A program made the translations under genes and the position numbers. 20,213 nucleotides of DNA, taken from contig CAXHAT010000149.1 in assembly GCA_964014485.1 (NCBI GenBank), forward strand, positions 1-20,213, read 5' to 3'. This DNA is from an uncultured Deferribacteres bacterium. Its GTDB lineage: Bacteria > Zhuqueibacterota > Zhuqueibacteria > Zhuqueibacterales > Geothermadaptataceae. The notes beneath the pieces were generated by a model, which was not told where the DNA came from, did not search any database, and saw only the letters and a program-made list of their open reading frames with translations. Shown here piece by piece: positions 17,011 to 20,213 of this stretch (position 1 is the first letter of the stretch; each line of letters begins with the position of its first letter).

Positions 17011-17155
17011 TCAAATAACTGATATTACGCACTCTTGGAAATTTCCGAAACGTCGCCAGAGAAACGTCGCTTTTACGTCATTCCCGCGCAGGCGGGAATG
17101 ACTTTAACAGGAGTTTCTTTGGTTTCATAGCTGGCGCGTAACATCAGTCAAATAA
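17011..17155. mobile_element. MITE-like non-autonomous element (129 bp, 17019-17147) with flanking direct repeat
   Basis: TCAAATAA-[CTGATATTACGC ... GCGTAACATCAG]-TCAAATAA: 12-bp terminal inverted repeats (1 mismatch) abutted by an exact 8-bp direct repeat. Confidence 0.65.
17077..17102. repeat. REP/dRS3-like palindrome
   Basis: GTCATTCCCGC-GCAG-GCGGGAATGAC: 11-bp perfect stem containing ATTCCC-N8-GGGAAT. Confidence 0.7.
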
Positions 17156-17376
17156 GTTATTTTTACCTTCGAATCCAAGGGAATTTTCAAAGGCGTTAGC
17201 CAACTGCTCGGCTAATCATCCGCACTTACAATCTTGATCAGGGAGTAACTTCGAAGTCAAACGCCTCAGCGTTTGAGCGCGATCTGCCGTCACTGGCGAC
17301 GATGAATCGTCGTCTCCGAAAAGAGTTACTCAGAATCAAAACGCGTTTGATTTTAAAAGAAGGCCACCGTCAATCT

Positions 17377-18903
17377 CTACGTCTCGGTTTCCGGAGCGGG
17401 AGCGATTCCCAATTTCTTCATTTTGTAGCGCAGCGTTTGAACCAGTGTTTTTAATTCGCGCGCGGCTTGAGATTGATTCCAACCATGCTTTTTCAACGCA
17501 TGTTCTATCAATTGTCGCTCATAGTCCGACACTTTTTCTTCCAATGATCGCGTTACGCTAAAATCCAGTTCAGCCGTCTGGTTTTGCTGCTTGGCGTCAC
17601 GCAAATCTTTCGGCAGCAAGGCCGCGTCAATCACAGTTTTCCCCGGCGGACACAACGTGACCAAACGCTCAATCATGTTCTCGAGTTCGCGCACGTTTCC
17701 CGGCCATTTTCGTCCAACCAAAAAACGCACGACTTCGCTGTCAAAACCTGAGATTTCCTTGCCTTGCTGCTTTGCAAATTTTGCCAGCATACGCTTTGCC
17801 AAATTCGGAATATCGTCGCTGCGCGCTTCAAGCGAAGGAATCAAGATCGGATAGACGTGCAAGCGATAGTATAAATCTTCGCGGAATTTCTGATCCGCCA
17901 CCAAGTCCGTCAACGATGCGCTCGAAGCTGAAACTATGCGTACGTCGATTTTCCTGGTGCGATTGCCGCCGACGGGGCGGACTTCCCCTTCCTGCAAAAC
18001 GCGCATAAGCTTGGCCTGCATGTCCATGGGCAAATTTGCGATTTCATCCATGAATAATGTGCCGCGGTCCGCATCTTCAAACAGGCCTTTTCGATCTTGC
18101 GTCGCGCCGGTGAACGCGCCTTTGACATGCCCAAAAAGCTCGCTCTCGATCAAATGCTCCGGGATCGCGCCGCAATCAATAGCCACAAACGGCTTGTTTT
18201 GTCGCGCACTAAGTTTGTGCAGGGCTTTTGCCACCAACTCTTTGCCGGCACCGCTCTGTCCCTGCAAAAGGACGCGCACATCGCAACGCGCGGCGGCGTC
18301 AATTGCGCGCAAAAGTTCTGTAAAAGGCTCGCTGTTTCCAAGCAGGCCAAATGCCTCAAACTTCGCGAACAAAGAGGCGTCCGGCAGCGGCGTGTTAAAA
18401 TATTCCTGGGCGGATTGGACATTGCTCAGAAAAGGCGCTGAAATGGCCGCTAATTTCTCCAGCAACTCAAAATCAGCTTGATCAAAAACCGCTTCGTCGC
18501 CTTTGTTCATCGCGACCAGGTAGCCGATAGCGTCTTCGTCAACTATGAGCGGAACGCACATTGCCGATTTCACAAGCCCATCCTGGAACAATCCTGCTGT
18601 GAAACGGTCGTCATTTTTAAGATCATCCGTTTGGAACGACGCTTTGTGGTAGCGGCACCAGCCAACGATATTTGCCTGCGCCAAACTATAGCGCCGCCGG
18701 TCAATATCTTTGCCTTCCTTGATGATCGTTTTTACGGTATCGCGGGTTTTGGGATTGATCATCATAATCGAAGCGACTTCCGCGCCGAGCAGCGTGCAGG
18801 TTTTTTGTGAAACTATGCGCAGCGCCTCTTTGGCGTCACTCTGTCGCCCAAGAATAACCGCTAGCTCAAGAAGATTCTCAAGTTTTTGCGAAGAATCGAG
18901 CAT
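17377..18903 (-). CDS. Sigma-54-dependent transcriptional activator (GAF + AAA+ + Fis-type HTH)
   Basis: N-terminal GAF (SAMCVPL...AIGYLVAMNK...FDQADFELL), Walker A GQSGAGKE, ESELFGHVKGAFTGA, LFMDEI, FREDLYYRL, WPGNVREL and HTH WNQSQAAREL. Confidence 0.95.
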   Translation of the reverse strand: MLDSSQKLENLLELAVILGRQSDAKEALRIVSQKTCTLLGAEVASIMMINPKTRDTVKTIIKEGKDIDRRRYSLAQANIVGWCRYHKASFQTDDLKNDDRFTAGLFQDGLVKSAMCVPLIVDEDAIGYLVAMNKGDEAVFDQADFELLEKLAAISAPFLSNVQSAQEYFNTPLPDASLFAKFEAFGLLGNSEPFTELLRAIDAAARCDVRVLLQGQSGAGKELVAKALHKLSARQNKPFVAIDCGAIPEHLIESELFGHVKGAFTGATQDRKGLFEDADRGTLFMDEIANLPMDMQAKLMRVLQEGEVRPVGGNRTRKIDVRIVSASSASLTDLVADQKFREDLYYRLHVYPILIPSLEARSDDIPNLAKRMLAKFAKQQGKEISGFDSEVVRFLVGRKWPGNVRELENMIERLVTLCPPGKTVIDAALLPKDLRDAKQQNQTAELDFSVTRSLEEKVSDYERQLIEHALKKHGWNQSQAARELKTLVQTLRYKMKKLGIAPAPETET

Positions 18904-18956
18904 CGAAATTGAATCCTTAAATGAGTATCAGCGAACTTATCTTTTCAGCTCGTCTC

Positions 18957-20186
18957 TCAATTCCGTTTTCTTTTGCCGAGCGCACCTAAAAGTTGGGAAA
19001 GCGCTTTCACCTTTAACCACTTGCAAATTATGAAGTAGCCTGCGGCGCCTAAGATAATTGGCGCAAAGAGCTCGGCAAACTGTGCCGAGAGCGCGGCGTT
19101 GCCAAAGCGCTGTTCGATCAGCCATCGCGTCGCTTCTACAATTACAGCGAGACCGGTCGCCGCTATAAAAAGCCGCAGGAAACCAGGCGCCATTTGAGCA
19201 AAACCCAACTTCCCGCTCTTTCGAGGCAATAAAACTGTCAGCGTGACAAAATTCAGAGATACGGAAATCGCCGTTACCATGGCAATGGCTTCGTGTCCCG
19301 CTCCATATTTATAAATTAAAATAGCATTCAAGGTAATATTCAACGCAATTGTCCCCAGACTCACCAAAACGGGCGTGCGCGTATCTTGAAAAGCGTAGAA
19401 ACCGTCGGTGACAATTTTGATTGCCGAGAATCCGCACAAACCGATCGCGTACATCTTTAACGCCGACGCAGTTGCGGCAGTATCAACAGGCGTGGTTTGG
19501 CCGCCTTCAAAAATCAAACGGCAAAACGGCTCCGCCAGAAGCATCAAGCCAATGGTTGCGGGCAAAGCAAAGAACAGAACAAGCTGGAAGCTGTCCTGGA
19601 AGCTTGATTTGAAATCATCAAGTTTATTCTCCGCAACAAGTCTCGCCAAATTTGGCAATGCCACGGTTGAAATCGCAACGCCGAACACGCCGATTGGCAA
19701 ATGGAGCAAGCGAAAAGCGCGCGTAAGCCACGTAATCCAGCCTTCGCCTTCCGATGCGAAAATCGTGTTCATAAAAACATTGATTTGCAAAGCCGAAGCG
19801 CCAAGAATGGCCGGAGCCATGAGTCTGAGCACCTGCTTCAATCGCGGATCGTTAAATCGAAACAGCGGCTGATAACGAAAGCCAATTTTGTGAAGCGTTG
19901 GGATTTGGAAAGCAAACTGCGCGGCACCGCCGGCCAAAAAGCCGAAGGCCATCCCGGCGGCGGGATGCCAGCCAATCATCGGCATAAAATAATAGCCCGC
20001 AACGCCGACAATGAGAGAAGTTATATTGAAAAATGAGGAGGCCCAGGCCGGGACGCCGAAGATTTTCTTGCTGTTCAAAACGCCCATCGCAATGGCCGCG
20101 AATGAGACCAACGCCAAAAACGGGAACATAATGCGCGTGAGTAAAATCGTCAGCTCACGTTTACTGGAAGCGCCAAAATGTTCTCC
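18957..20186 (-). CDS. murJ: Lipid II flippase MurJ (MviN), 5'-partial
   Basis: LTRIMFPFL, LLHLPIGVFGVAISTVALP, FYAFQDTRTP and many TM helices; truncated by the adapter at the contig end. Confidence 0.93.
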   Translation of the reverse strand, partial: GEHFGASSKRELTILLTRIMFPFLALVSFAAIAMGVLNSKKIFGVPAWASSFFNITSLIVGVAGYYFMPMIGWHPAAGMAFGFLAGGAAQFAFQIPTLHKIGFRYQPLFRFNDPRLKQVLRLMAPAILGASALQINVFMNTIFASEGEGWITWLTRAFRLLHLPIGVFGVAISTVALPNLARLVAENKLDDFKSSFQDSFQLVLFFALPATIGLMLLAEPFCRLIFEGGQTTPVDTAATASALKMYAIGLCGFSAIKIVTDGFYAFQDTRTPVLVSLGTIALNITLNAILIYKYGAGHEAIAMVTAISVSLNFVTLTVLLPRKSGKLGFAQMAPGFLRLFIAATGLAVIVEATRWLIEQRFGNAALSAQFAELFAPIILGAAGYFIICKWLKVKALSQLLGALGKRKRN

Positions 20187-20213
20187 CTGTCTCTTATACA
20201 CATCTCCGAGCCC
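20187..20213 (+). other. Nextera/Tn5 adapter read-through (technical artefact)
   Basis: CTGTCTCTTATACACATCT (19-bp Tn5 mosaic end) followed by CCGAGCCC, at the extreme end of the sequence. Confidence 0.98.

Noticed and set aside
17285..17320. Resemblance to ZTP (CGUGACUGGCG) or glycine (GGAGA) riboswitch fragments
   Set aside because: The remaining conserved elements of each aptamer are absent.
109..20036. Numerous 60-180 aa ORFs antisense to or frame-shifted within the annotated genes (e.g. 2944-3372, 12586-13053, 17936-18481, 19408-19872)
   Set aside because: They are shadows of well-supported genes with no recognisable motifs.
1..20213. CRISPR array, prophage, integrase/transposase or defence genes
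   Set aside because: No regularly spaced repeats and no ORFs with such motifs were seen.

Overview
A mostly housekeeping window from a diderm (outer-membrane) bacterium. The gene content (LpxH-like hydrolase, Omp85 barrel, SpoVG, BMC shell protein, rpsF-rpsR-rplI without ssb) fits an FCB-related lineage such as KSB1/Calditrichota, but that is inference. A long minus-strand cluster reads: lone BMC hexamer, ispE, spoVG, tRNA-Gln(UUG), prs, rplY, pth, hppA (membrane pyrophosphatase), rpsF, rpsR, rplI, CdaR/YbbR-like protein, tsaD, and a partial VWA membrane protein. A divergent plus-strand pair encodes an LpxH-like metallophosphoesterase and PBP1A. A second minus-strand block holds murJ (truncated), a GAF/sigma-54 activator, a POTRA-less Omp85 protein, nagD and an M50 peptidase. 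The last 27 nt are Nextera/Tn5 adapter, not biology. I see no complete new multi-gene system, CRISPR array or prophage. The best leads are a 129-bp MITE-like insertion with terminal inverted repeats, a target-site duplication and an internal REP-like palindrome; two unexplained multi-stem structures (rplY-pth spacer and 17.24-17.33 kb); and an orphan BMC shell gene behind a near-consensus promoter at the head of a core operon.
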